DNA from: Candidatus Bathyarchaeota archaeon
GTDB lineage: Archaea; Thermoproteota; Bathyarchaeia; Bathyarchaeales; DTEX01
Assembly: GCA_018396635.1 (NCBI GenBank)
Contig: JAGTQE010000002.1
Location: 73,615 to 137,614 of the forward strand
DNA: 64,000 bases
Direction: 5' to 3'
This document shows positions 45,835-55,371 of the stretch, piece by piece. Made by a program: the position numbers and the translations under genes. The notes under the pieces are model-generated. The model was not told the origin of the DNA and did not search any database. It saw only the letters and a program-made list of their open reading frames with translations. Within the stretch, counting starts at the first letter, position 1. Every line of letters begins with the position of its first letter.

Positions 45835-46878
45835 TTGGAGGACTCGAAAATGAGGGTTGGAGTTTTAACAGGTGGTGGCGATGCGCCGGGGCTTAATGCC
45901 GCTATAAGGGCGATAGTGAAGAAGTGCGAGAAGTACGGGTTTGAGGTTTTAGGTATAAGGCGCGGCTGGGCGGGAATGCTTGAGGGCGATGCAATCCCCC
46001 TAAAATATGATAATATTAAGGATATTATTGGGCTCGGCGGAACAATAATTAAGACCTCTAGAACCAATCCCCTGAAGCAGCCGGATGGAATAAAGAGGAT
46101 AGTTGAGAACTATAACAAGCTTAATTTATCGGCTTTGATAGCTATTGGCGGAGACGATACGTTAAGCGTCGCCAAAGCGGTTAGCGAGGCTGGGTTGAAC
46201 GTGATCGGCATTCCTAAAACAATAGACTATGATGTCCCGGAGACGGAGCATACCATAGGCTTTGATACGGCAGTTAATGAGGCCATGCACCAAATAGAGA
46301 ACATTAAGGCTACGGCCGACGCCCACGAGAGAGTTTTCGTCGTTGAGATTATGGGTAGATATGCTGGCTGGATAGCGTTATACTCTGGGCTAGCCGCTGG
46401 AGCCGACCTGATACTGATACCTGAAGAGCCATTCAGCATAACTGATGTAGTGAACTTCGTGAAGAGGAAGATTGAGAGCGGCCAAAAATCCTTAGTGATC
46501 GTTGTCGCTGAAGGTGCCCTAATCAAAGACTATAAGGGTCCAATAACTAAGGATGTTAAGGTCGATCAGTTTGGGCATGTTTATCTCGGCGGAATAGGAG
46601 AATTTCTGGCGAAGGAGATTGAGAAGGCTTTGGGCATCGAGACGAGGCATGTTGTCCCAGCGCACACGATTAGGGGCGGCTCTCCAACAGCCTTCGACCG
46701 CATAATCTCAACGAGATATGGTCTAGCAGCTGTTGATTTGGTCAGAGAAGGGAAGTTTGGCGTAATGGTGGCGCTCAAAGGTGGAAAAATAACGACAGTC
46801 CCGCTATCCGAGGTAACTGGCAGAACCAAGAAAGTAGATCTAGAACTCTATAATGAGGCTAAAGTCTTCTTTGAATAA
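45835..46878 (+). CDS. pfp: PfkA-family 6-phosphofructokinase with PPi-type signature residues
   Basis: Motifs are GVLTGGGDAPGLNAAIR, GGDDT (Asp where ATP-PFKs have Gly), PKTIDYD (Lys where ATP-PFKs have Gly) and MGRYAG. The probable start is the ATG at 45850, after the SD GGAGG. Confidence 0.9.
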   Translation: MEDSKMRVGVLTGGGDAPGLNAAIRAIVKKCEKYGFEVLGIRRGWAGMLEGDAIPLKYDNIKDIIGLGGTIIKTSRTNPLKQPDGIKRIVENYNKLNLSALIAIGGDDTLSVAKAVSEAGLNVIGIPKTIDYDVPETEHTIGFDTAVNEAMHQIENIKATADAHERVFVVEIMGRYAGWIALYSGLAAGADLILIPEEPFSITDVVNFVKRKIESGQKSLVIVVAEGALIKDYKGPITKDVKVDQFGHVYLGGIGEFLAKEIEKALGIETRHVVPAHTIRGGSPTAFDRIISTRYGLAAVDLVREGKFGVMVALKGGKITTVPLSEVTGRTKKVDLELYNEAKVFFE

Positions 46879-46919
46879 AAAGGAAAATTAAAATAGTCGA
46901 ATTCAACTCCCCGATTTTA

Positions 46920-47897
46920 TTAGACTTCAATGCCTGCTTCATGCTCTCTGAGAAAACTATTCAGCTCTTCTCGGTGAGGTAGAGCCGTTATTGCGCCATG
47001 TCTCGTAACAACCAGCGCTCCAACAGCATTAGCCACCTTAGCGCATTTTTCAAGATCCCACCCCCTAATCACACCGAGAAGTAGGCCAGCATTCCATCCA
47101 TCCCCGGCGCCAGTGGTATCTACGGGCTTAACTTTAAAAGCTGGCGCAAAGACTTTTCTCCCATCCTTAGATTTCACAAATGATCCCCTCTCACCAAGCT
47201 TTATTCCGACTATTTCAACGCCATATTTTAACGCCTTATCCGCCGCCCTCTCCGGCTCACTTGTCCCAAATGTGAACTCTGCTTCCTCACGCGAGAACAT
47301 TGCTATGTCAGATAGCCTAAGCATTTTACTGTAGATAGATTTTATAGTTTTTTCAGACCTCCATACATCGAGTCTTAATGTTGGGTCGAATGAGACCTTA
47401 ACTCCACTTTCCCTGGCATACATAACAGCATTTAAGATAGCCCTTCGCGGCAGGCTCTCGGAGAGGGCGAAGCCGGAAACATGGAGGATTTTTGCAGAAG
47501 AAACATATTTATAGTCTATATCTTCTGGCGAGAGCGAATCAACTGATGTCCTCTTAACCCAGGGGCTCCGATAGAATATGAAGATGCGTTCCCCTGTCTC
47601 CGGCTCATTAACGACGAATGCTAGCGTTGTTCTGACACCCTTTTTTATCTTGACATGGGATATGTCAACCCCATTTCTCTCAAGCTCTCTTAGCAGGAAC
47701 TGCCCGAAGGGGTCGTCGCCGACAACTGTTATGGCCCCAACAGACAAGCCCAGTCTCGCCATTCCGACGAGCGTGTTCATGGGTGCTCCGCCAAAAAACT
47801 TTCTGAATGTTGTGCTCTCCACATATGATGTGGGTTCAGCTGAAATAAAATCGATTAGAACCTCACCTATCCCAACGGCATCTAAGCCCATATTCAA
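46920..47897 (-). CDS. PfkB/ribokinase-family sugar kinase
   Basis: C-terminal signature DTTGAGDGWNAG and N-terminal GGAPMN motif. Confidence 0.85.
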   Translation of the reverse strand: MNMGLDAVGIGEVLIDFISAEPTSYVESTTFRKFFGGAPMNTLVGMARLGLSVGAITVVGDDPFGQFLLRELERNGVDISHVKIKKGVRTTLAFVVNEPETGERIFIFYRSPWVKRTSVDSLSPEDIDYKYVSSAKILHVSGFALSESLPRRAILNAVMYARESGVKVSFDPTLRLDVWRSEKTIKSIYSKMLRLSDIAMFSREEAEFTFGTSEPERAADKALKYGVEIVGIKLGERGSFVKSKDGRKVFAPAFKVKPVDTTGAGDGWNAGLLLGVIRGWDLEKCAKVANAVGALVVTRHGAITALPHREELNSFLREHEAGIEV

Positions 47898-47911
47898 TCA
47901 CTCGCCATCAA

Positions 47912-49237
47912 TTATCGCTTAGCCTCCAGCTTCTCAATACCATTCATATATGGCCTTAAAACTTCCGGAATTATGACGGAGCCATCCCTTTGCTGGTAGT
48001 GTTCGAGTATAGCCATCATTGTTCGGCTCGTCGCCAGAGCAGTGCTATTAAGCGTGTGAACGTAACCCTTCGGCGGTCTTCCAGGCCCCTCTCTATACTT
48101 TATATTTAGTCTTCTTGCCTGATAGTCTGTGCAGTTTGAGTTTGAGCCTATCTCCCTGAATTTTCCATCAACCATCCAAACCTCTGTGTCGTATTTTCTG
48201 GCGGCGACAGTTCCTATATCGCCGGTGCATACGTCTACTACTCGGTAGTGTAATCCAAGCATCTGGTACATTTCTTCACAGTTCCGCTGGAGTTCCTCGT
48301 GGATCTCCCAGGACTGTTCCGGTAGGCAGAAGACGAATTGTTCGACTTTATTGAACTGGTGCATCCTGAAGAAGCCTTTAGTATACTTGCCATGTGTTCC
48401 AACCTCCTTCCTAAAGTTAGTGCTCACGCCGACAAACTTCAGCGGTAGCTGGCTTTTATCTAGGACCTCGTCCATGAACATTGCTGCTATTGGATGCTCG
48501 CTTGTAGCGATTAAGTAAAGGTCTTCACCCTCAATCTTATACATAACTTTTTCGAAGTCCTCTAGGTCTACGCATCCCTCGTATGGCTTTCTGCGGAGCA
48601 TAAATGGTGGCTCAACTAATATAAAGCCCCGTTTCCTCAAGAAGTCTATAGCAAACCTCTGTATTGCGAAGTCGAGTAGAACTAGCTCCTCCTTAAAGTA
48701 GAAGAAGCCGGAGCCAGCAACCTTATTAGCCCTCTCCTCATCAACTAGTCCGAGATCCTTCGCTATCTCTATATGGCTCTTAGGTGGGAAATCGAATTTT
48801 GGCGGAGAACCCCAACGCCTTATCTCAACATTATCATTTTCATCCCGCCCATAGGGTACGGCTTCATGGAGCAGGTTTGGTATCCGCAGGAGCAAGCTTC
48901 TCGCCTTGGCCTCGTACTCCTCAACTTGCCTCTCCAAAAGCTTTATTTCTGCTTGAACTTTCTCGGCTTCTAGGAGTAAATGGTTAACATCTTCATTCAT
49001 CTTCTTTCCCTGAGCAACCTTTATGCTGAGCTCGTTTCTCCTTCTCCTCAGATTATTTAATTCAGTCTGTAGCATCCGCCACTTTTTATCAGTCTCTATA
49101 AATTCATCTAGAATTCTCAGTTTCTCCGGATCATTCCTGCGCCTAATGTTTTCCCTAACGAAATCCGGCTTCTCCCTTATCAGCTTAACATCTATCATTG
49201 TGGAAACCCTTTTTCCAAGAAGAAAGTGTATTAACAT
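47912..49237 (-). CDS. serS: Seryl-tRNA synthetase
   Basis: N-terminal coiled-coil arm (MIDVKLIREKPDFVRENI..) and class II core (GSGFFYFK, TSEHPIAAM, FRKE). The probable start is the ATG at 49198. Confidence 0.95.
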   Translation of the reverse strand: MLIHFLLGKRVSTMIDVKLIREKPDFVRENIRRRNDPEKLRILDEFIETDKKWRMLQTELNNLRRRRNELSIKVAQGKKMNEDVNHLLLEAEKVQAEIKLLERQVEEYEAKARSLLLRIPNLLHEAVPYGRDENDNVEIRRWGSPPKFDFPPKSHIEIAKDLGLVDEERANKVAGSGFFYFKEELVLLDFAIQRFAIDFLRKRGFILVEPPFMLRRKPYEGCVDLEDFEKVMYKIEGEDLYLIATSEHPIAAMFMDEVLDKSQLPLKFVGVSTNFRKEVGTHGKYTKGFFRMHQFNKVEQFVFCLPEQSWEIHEELQRNCEEMYQMLGLHYRVVDVCTGDIGTVAARKYDTEVWMVDGKFREIGSNSNCTDYQARRLNIKYREGPGRPPKGYVHTLNSTALATSRTMMAILEHYQQRDGSVIIPEVLRPYMNGIEKLEAKR

Positions 49238-49329
49238 AAACTAATATAAAGGTTCGCTGTATGCCTTAATTTAGAAACATTTAATATTGACTTACGCATT
49301 ATTTTTCGGGTACGGCGGTGATGTAGAGG

Positions 49330-50028
49330 GTGTCGAAGAGCACTCGTGTTAAGGATAAGTGGCGCAGTAAAAAATGGTATACCGTTGTGGCTCCGCCATA
49401 TTTTGGGAGCGTTGAGATAGGCGCTATACCGGCAGATGATCCCCAAAAGCTTTTGGGAAGAGTTGTTGAGGCGACGCTATATGATATAACTGAGGATTTT
49501 GCCCACCAGTATTTGAAGACCTACTTCCAGATAGTTGATATAGATGAGAAGAGAGCTCTCACAATATTTAAGGGGCATGAGTATTCAAGGGACTATTTGA
49601 GGAGCCTTATTAGGAGGAAGACTACGAAGGTAGATGGTATATTTGATGTTACAACTAAGGACGGCTATAAGATAAGGGTGGCTGCATGCGCATTCACAAC
49701 AACTAGGATAAAGACTTCTCAGGAGAGGGAAATACGGGCGATAATGAAGAAGATTATAGAAGAGAAGGCGCAGACGCTGACTTTCGACCAATTTGTACAG
49801 GAGGCGGTTCTAGGGAAGATTGCGTCTGATATCTATAACAATGCTAAGAAGATTACGCCCCTACGGCATGTAGGCATAAGGAAAACAAAGCTCCTCTCAA
49901 AGCCTGAGATTAAAGCCCCATTAGTTAAAGAGGTCCCTGTGATTGAAGCTGCGGTTGAGGCGGAGGAGAGCGAAGAAGAATATAGTGAAGAAGAGGAGTC
50001 AACTAACGAAGAGGATCAAGAGGAGTAG
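49330..50028 (+). CDS. rps3ae: 30S ribosomal protein S3Ae (eS1) with an acidic C-terminal tail
   Basis: Contains KDKWRSKKWYTVVAPPYFG and the eS1 body. GTG start. The tail reads AEESEEEYSEEEESTNEEDQEE. Confidence 0.9.
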   Translation: MSKSTRVKDKWRSKKWYTVVAPPYFGSVEIGAIPADDPQKLLGRVVEATLYDITEDFAHQYLKTYFQIVDIDEKRALTIFKGHEYSRDYLRSLIRRKTTKVDGIFDVTTKDGYKIRVAACAFTTTRIKTSQEREIRAIMKKIIEEKAQTLTFDQFVQEAVLGKIASDIYNNAKKITPLRHVGIRKTKLLSKPEIKAPLVKEVPVIEAAVEAEESEEEYSEEEESTNEEDQEE

Positions 50029-50086
50029 CCTTGCCTATAGGTAAAAACTTAATTCTCCGTCCCATTTAGCTACTTCTGTCAGAGGG

Positions 50087-50713
50087 ATGAATGAGACATC
50101 ACGTTATTCCTTATTAAGGAGAAGGGTTGCGGAGGAGGCAGCCTTTCTACTGTATACCATGCAGGAGAGGGAGTTTAAGCAGGCTAAGGAGAGGGCTGCC
50201 AACACGCTTGGCATAAGAGTTCTACCAACAAATCTGGAGATCGCTGAAGAATTAGATCGGATTGCAGACGAATATGAGGGGGAGGAGAGAAGAATTCGCT
50301 TAATAAGAATGCGTGAGGAAGCCCTCAAAATAATGGAGGTGCTTCAGACTTTTAGTCCGAGGTTGATAGGCAGCGTTTGGAGGGGGACGGCAAACAAGAA
50401 TAGTGATATAGATATAGTTGTCTTCTCGCCGAACAAGAGCCCAGTCGTAGAGACTCTCATTAACAGCGGTTTCAAGGTGACGGGAATAGAGATGAGGCCC
50501 TCCGCGAAAGACGGAAGCGGTGAGACAGCCCATATATTTCTGGAGCTGCCCTCAAGCGATAAGGTTGAGATAATCGTTAGGCGGCCAGAAGACATGTATA
50601 TCGAGGAGCGATGCGATATCTATGGCGATTTAAAGACTGGTTTAACAATTAATCAGCTCAGAGAAGTTCTTAGAAGGGATCCTCTGAAAAAATTCGTTCC
50701 GAGAAAGCCTTAA
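50087..50713 (+). CDS. Pol-beta-superfamily nucleotidyltransferase domain protein with an N-terminal helical extension
   Basis: The NTase motif GSVWRGTANKNSDIDIVVFS is preceded by about 90 aa of charged helices. Confidence 0.7.
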   Translation: MNETSRYSLLRRRVAEEAAFLLYTMQEREFKQAKERAANTLGIRVLPTNLEIAEELDRIADEYEGEERRIRLIRMREEALKIMEVLQTFSPRLIGSVWRGTANKNSDIDIVVFSPNKSPVVETLINSGFKVTGIEMRPSAKDGSGETAHIFLELPSSDKVEIIVRRPEDMYIEERCDIYGDLKTGLTINQLREVLRRDPLKKFVPRKP

Positions 50714-50804
50714 TGCCTGCGCATTAAGAGAGTACGAGTAGAGATATGATAATAATGTTTTTAAGTTTTCCCGCCCATAGGGTAAGGTTGGAGATGCTGA
50801 GGCA

Positions 50805-51152
50805 ATGAATATTGATAGAGAGCAGTTTAGGAAGATGTTCCCAAATCTTGCTAGAGAGATTGAGGGTGAGGGAGTTAAGATAAGGATCTCATCTATAAGG
50901 TTAGATCCAGTTGAGGGTGAGAAGGCTGTTTCAAAAAAGTTTGATGGCTATAACCCGGATGTTATAGATTTCCTAAGAAGATGTGATACCGAGGAACAGG
51001 CTGAAGAAATAATAGCGTATTTGGAGAGAAGGGGAGAGGTAACCAGCGAGTATGCGGCAGCCCTCAGAAAGCAGCTGAAAGAGAAGGGCGTAAGGAGCTT
51101 TGGCCCAAAAAAGGAGGAGGCATATTACCTCAGGCAAGCGGGCTATAGATGA
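50805..51152 (+). CDS. Conserved archaeal small protein (DUF2095-like)
   Basis: FRKMFPNLAREI and VIDFLRRCDTEEQAEEIIAYLERRGEV resemble my memory of DUF2095. This is not verified. Confidence 0.45.
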   Translation: MNIDREQFRKMFPNLAREIEGEGVKIRISSIRLDPVEGEKAVSKKFDGYNPDVIDFLRRCDTEEQAEEIIAYLERRGEVTSEYAAALRKQLKEKGVRSFGPKKEEAYYLRQAGYR

Positions 51153-51216
51153 AAGTGCTAACTCCCTCAAGATTGCTTAACTCTTAAATATAATGGGTTA
51201 AGCTTACCTCTAACAT

Positions 51217-53025
51217 TTGGAGCAAAAAATGCAAGGATGGGCGTGGAAAGTGAGGGTTAAAGCACATTTATCAACTTGCCTGTTTCTTTCACTCATACTT
51301 ATTTTCACGGTCACTTCCATAACCAAATGCTTAAATGGAGAGAATATTAGGGCCTTGTCGCAGCCAGCGAACTTACATGTAAATGTTGAGAGGAAGATAA
51401 CGCTGCTAAGCGGCGGATATATGATGATCAATGATACTTTTTTGCTTTCGCAGTCTATGGAAGGCGGCTCAAAACCTACATTAGTAACTAGCTATGTTGT
51501 TGGTATGCCGAAGAATTATAGTGAGAGACTGGTTTATTATAGAGTTTTCAATCACGGGGGTTCTTTGCCTGTAAAGATACTCGAGGATGAATTATTCTGG
51601 TGGCTGAATGTAACGTTTCCAGAGCCAGTTGATTTAAGCGTTAATAAAGCATACAATTTTACCGTGATGCTTGTCCTCTCAGACTTAATTTCAAGGAAAA
51701 CGGCAAGCATATTTTCAGCAACATTCCCATTGTATCCGAGCCTAACGCATGAGGCCCTCTCTTGCAACGTCACGTTAATCCTGCCATCTTCAGCTAAAGT
51801 CTCAGAAAACGATTATCCAACCAATATATTCGTTAATAAAACTGGAGACTTCAGAGTCCTCAATAATATAACTAGCCCGCTCCCACCTTACTCAAATATC
51901 TCCTCTTGGATAAAGTTTTCAGATGTAACGTTCAGGATACTTAAGTTTTTGGAGCTGAGAAGAGAAATATCAATTGACGTTTGGGGAAAAATCTCAGCAA
52001 TAGATTTCTATGAGATAGAGGCTGCTAATGTTTACTCTGTGGATATTATTTTGCCCCTTAAGGCAACAGATATAGTTGTTTATGATGCGTATGGCAAGTA
52101 CTCGAAAGCAGATGTGCGTTTCTCTAATGAAAGCTATGGTGTTGTGGTGAAGATATATTTGAGCGAAAAGCTGAGAGCTGACGGGAGAATTAAAATTGCA
52201 GTGTCTTATGCGCTGCCACCTCAGAATTATCTAGTTAAAGATGGATGGCAAAACTATGTGCTTAAAATAAATCTTATTAGACCCGATGAATGGGTCATAT
52301 ACAAAGTCGCCTTAATAGTCACGTTGCCTGAGGGAGCAAGCCTGATACAGGTTAACGAGCCTATAACAAGAGCGCAGGGAATTAGGGTTGAGTCAGTAAG
52401 CCCATTTCAAGAGAGAGTATTTGTAGAGTACCATAGCGTCGTTAGATTTGAGGACGTGAGCATAAATGTAAGCTATCAGTATATGGTTTTTTGGGCGGGG
52501 CTCAGACCAACCCTACTTGCAGCGGCCATTGTTGGCTCAGCCATAATCCTCTTCCTGCTCGCTAAATCATCGGCTCATGTCGGCATACCTTCGCCAACAC
52601 CAGTTTCTGTTGAGATCCTAAGGAAGTTTATAGAAGTTTGTGAGGAAAAGAACCGCATAATGTCTGAGATGGAGTCTTTAGAGGAGCAGTCTGCGCGTGG
52701 AAAGATATCTAGGAGGCAGTATAGGCTTATGAGAAAAAATCTAGAGGGGCAGCTCTCATCCGTTCAGAAGAGCTTCCTTGATTTGAAGGCTAAGATGGAG
52801 GCTGCTGGAAGAACATACGCTAACATGATTAAGAGGCTGGAGGAGGCTGAAGCTGAGATTGAGGTCATGAAGAGAAGCATTTCTGATGTAGAGGTTAGAT
52901 ATAGGCGTGGAGAAATATCTGCTGAAACTCGCCGCAGCCTCCTCGAAGACTATAGAAGGAGAATTGATAGGGCGGAAAGCGTTAGAGATGAAATTCTCTT
53001 AAGACTTAAGGAGGAAATTCTGTAG
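51217..53025 (+). CDS. Ribophorin I (OST1)-like type I membrane protein
   Basis: Signal/anchor (res 17-37), ~390-aa extracytoplasmic domain, TM at res ~428-450 and a ~150-aa charged coiled-coil tail. There are several collinear local matches to human RPN1 as I recall it (see the finding). Confidence 0.6.
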   Translation: [602 protein letters not shown]

Positions 53026-53106
53026 TCTCTAATTTTTACTCAAAAAATTTAGATTCGGATTCGGAAGTAGACATAATCTATATATTCTCAGTCTATAAGC
53101 CCCAAC

Positions 53107-53922
53107 TTGATGAGACCGCATAAGTCTCAGCCGCAGCAGAATATCCTCACCAAGCTCCTAAATCTATCCGACTATGAAGCTAGAGTATATAGCTTCTTGG
53201 TTAATGAGGGCCCCTCTTCAGCCACAAGAATAAGCACATTTTGTAACGTCCCAAGAACAAAAGTGTATAAGACCCTTGAAAGGTTGATTGAAATTGGCAT
53301 GGTCACAGAAGTCCCATTAGAACCCAAGCAATTCGTGGCTTTGCCGCCGAATAGAGCCCTCAAACCAATTCTAGAAATACAGAGGGCGGCTCAAAGAAAT
53401 ATTGCCACGTTGATCTCCAGCCTTCAGAAGAGATATGATAAATCTAAAGCCCTGGCAGAGGTGGCACGCGAAGAAGTCTGGATCTTCGTCGGGAACAAGG
53501 CGCTGAGCAAGGCGTCAAATTTTCTCTCACGTGCCAAGAAAAATGTTACAGTCCTCGCGCATTTGGAAACCTTCTCTAAATTCTACGGTTTTCTTAGCGG
53601 AACTTTAGATGTTTTAGTTAAAAGGGATGTTGATGTTGAGCTGTTGTTTCCAGCACCCTCAAATATTGACCAAAACCCCCGCAGTAACTTTAACCTGCTT
53701 TTTAGGGTTAAATGCGTCAATATAAGTATTCCCACACAATTAATCCTCATAAATGTTGATCGCCGATACTCAGCAATATGCATGATAGACTACTCCGAAC
53801 ATTCATCCCCAAGGGCCCAGATCCTATGGTTCGCTTTTCAGGGATCAATGCTCCACAGATTGATGGAGAAGATCCTTTTACAGAGACCCATTAAGCGCGC
53901 CTACCAGAGTCTAGCCACATAG
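53107..53922 (+). CDS. TrmB family transcriptional regulator
   Basis: The N-terminal wHTH reads LSDYEARVYSFLVNEGPSSATRISTFCNVPRTKVYKTLERLIEIGMV. A C-terminal effector-like domain follows. Confidence 0.8.
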   Translation: MMRPHKSQPQQNILTKLLNLSDYEARVYSFLVNEGPSSATRISTFCNVPRTKVYKTLERLIEIGMVTEVPLEPKQFVALPPNRALKPILEIQRAAQRNIATLISSLQKRYDKSKALAEVAREEVWIFVGNKALSKASNFLSRAKKNVTVLAHLETFSKFYGFLSGTLDVLVKRDVDVELLFPAPSNIDQNPRSNFNLLFRVKCVNISIPTQLILINVDRRYSAICMIDYSEHSSPRAQILWFAFQGSMLHRLMEKILLQRPIKRAYQSLAT

Positions 53923-54038
53923 TGTTATCCTCCCAAACATTACCTAAAAACTGTTAGACTAGGAGAGAGGTATTTACGGTTAACTAGCCGCAAATTTTTT
54001 ATTTTTCCTAAAATTATCTTCTAAAAAAATCTTCAGAA

Positions 54039-54230
54039 GTGTCTAAAATGGCTAAAATACAGATTGACCTTGAAAAGTGTACTGGGTGTGGAAGCTGCGT
54101 TGATATATGTCCAGCAGGAGTCTATGAGCTTAGAGAAGGAAAGTCTGTTGCGGTTAACGTTGATGCATGCCTCCTCTGCAGGGCCTGTGAGACCCAATGC
54201 CCGAACAACGCCATAACAGTTGCTGAATAG
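54039..54230 (+). CDS. 2x[4Fe-4S] ferredoxin
   Basis: Two cluster motifs, CTGCGSCVDICP and CLLCRACETQCP, in 63 aa. Confidence 0.85.
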   Translation: MSKMAKIQIDLEKCTGCGSCVDICPAGVYELREGKSVAVNVDACLLCRACETQCPNNAITVAE

Positions 54231-54252
54231 AGTATGCGAAAAATTCGCTGAG

Positions 54253-55371
54253 CTAAAGAGACCAGTACCTGGACTGGGCTCTCCTAACATCTTCAATTAT
54301 TTTATTTGCCTCTCTTTGAGACCTCAAATTTATTTGGGGCCGCCTATCTCTAATCTTAACGCTTATTCCAGACATCCTAGATATGCAGGATACCACAGCC
54401 CTCCTCAAAAACCAGAGGTTGTATCCACCCTCCAAGATGGCTACAAGTCTTCCATCACAAAGTCTATTTGCCAGATAAATGGCCTCTTGGAAAATTTTAG
54501 GGTAGATGTATGCGGAGAGAGATAGGTCGGCTACTGGATCTTTATAGTAGCCGTCAAAGCCTGCAGATATTATCATGAACTGAGGCCTATACTGCACTAT
54601 AATCGGCGAGATAATCGTCTTGAAGGCCTTCCAGAAGGCTGGGTCGCCGGACCAGTAGGGGAGGGGTATGTTGACAGTGTATCCCCTACCTTTATTGGCA
54701 CCAATCTCCCAAATAAACCCTGTCCCAGGGAAATCTGTAGGATCCTCATGTACACTTATGTAGAGAACCTCGTCAGTATCATAGAAGATCTCTTGGGTTC
54801 CATTTCCATGATGCGCATCCACATCCAAGATTAATACTCTCCTGAGGCCGGCCCTTTTAATGAGGTATTTCGCAGCTAATGCTGCATTATTAAAGATGCA
54901 AAACCCAAGTGCATAGTTTGGCCCAGCATGGTGACCGGGCGGCCTAGCTGCCACAAAAGCATTATTAAATTCTCCCAATAAAACTCCCTCCACAGCCCTT
55001 ATTGCGCCTCCAGCCGCTAGTTTAGCGACCTCGAAGCTCTCCCGCGATAGGTGTGTCTCATCGCTTATTAGGCCGCCGCCGGAATCACATATCTCTTTAA
55101 TCTTCTCAACGTATTCTCTGGTGTGGACTAGCAGCAGCTCTTCTGGGTCTAATTCCTTTGGCTCGACTATAACAACTCTATCTTTAAGCAACTTCTCTCC
55201 CATTATACCCCTCATTATTGCGGTAAGTCGCTGGGGTCTCTCCGGGTGATCTACTCCAGTCTTATGATCCAAATATTTAGGCGAATATACTACTGCCGTT
55301 CTCATGCCGTCTAACCTCGCTAAACACTTTATTAATGAGGGATTGCATAGAAAGACCTTTCTTCTTCGCAA
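54253..55371 (-). CDS. Histone deacetylase/acetoin utilisation (AcuC)/acetylpolyamine amidohydrolase family protein
   Basis: Motifs are RPPGHHA, DVDAHHGNGTQ and GGY. The probable start is the ATG at 55305 (MRTAVVYSP..). Confidence 0.85.
   Translation of the reverse strand: MRRRKVFLCNPSLIKCLARLDGMRTAVVYSPKYLDHKTGVDHPERPQRLTAIMRGIMGEKLLKDRVVIVEPKELDPEELLLVHTREYVEKIKEICDSGGGLISDETHLSRESFEVAKLAAGGAIRAVEGVLLGEFNNAFVAARPPGHHAGPNYALGFCIFNNAALAAKYLIKRAGLRRVLILDVDAHHGNGTQEIFYDTDEVLYISVHEDPTDFPGTGFIWEIGANKGRGYTVNIPLPYWSGDPAFWKAFKTIISPIIVQYRPQFMIISAGFDGYYKDPVADLSLSAYIYPKIFQEAIYLANRLCDGRLVAILEGGYNLWFLRRAVVSCISRMSGISVKIRDRRPQINLRSQREANKIIEDVRRAQSRYWSL

Noticed and set aside
53063-53076. Tandem GATTCG-GATTCG upstream of the trmB-family gene as a possible operator
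   Set aside because: It is only two copies of a hexamer with no dyad symmetry. It does not resemble the TGM-type TrmB site (TATCAC-N5-GTGATA), so the support is insufficient.
54220-54525. Listed + strand 101-aa ORF overlapping the ferredoxin stop and the 3' end of the deacetylase gene
   Set aside because: It is antisense to the well-supported HDAC-family ORF, has no motifs, and is composition-driven.
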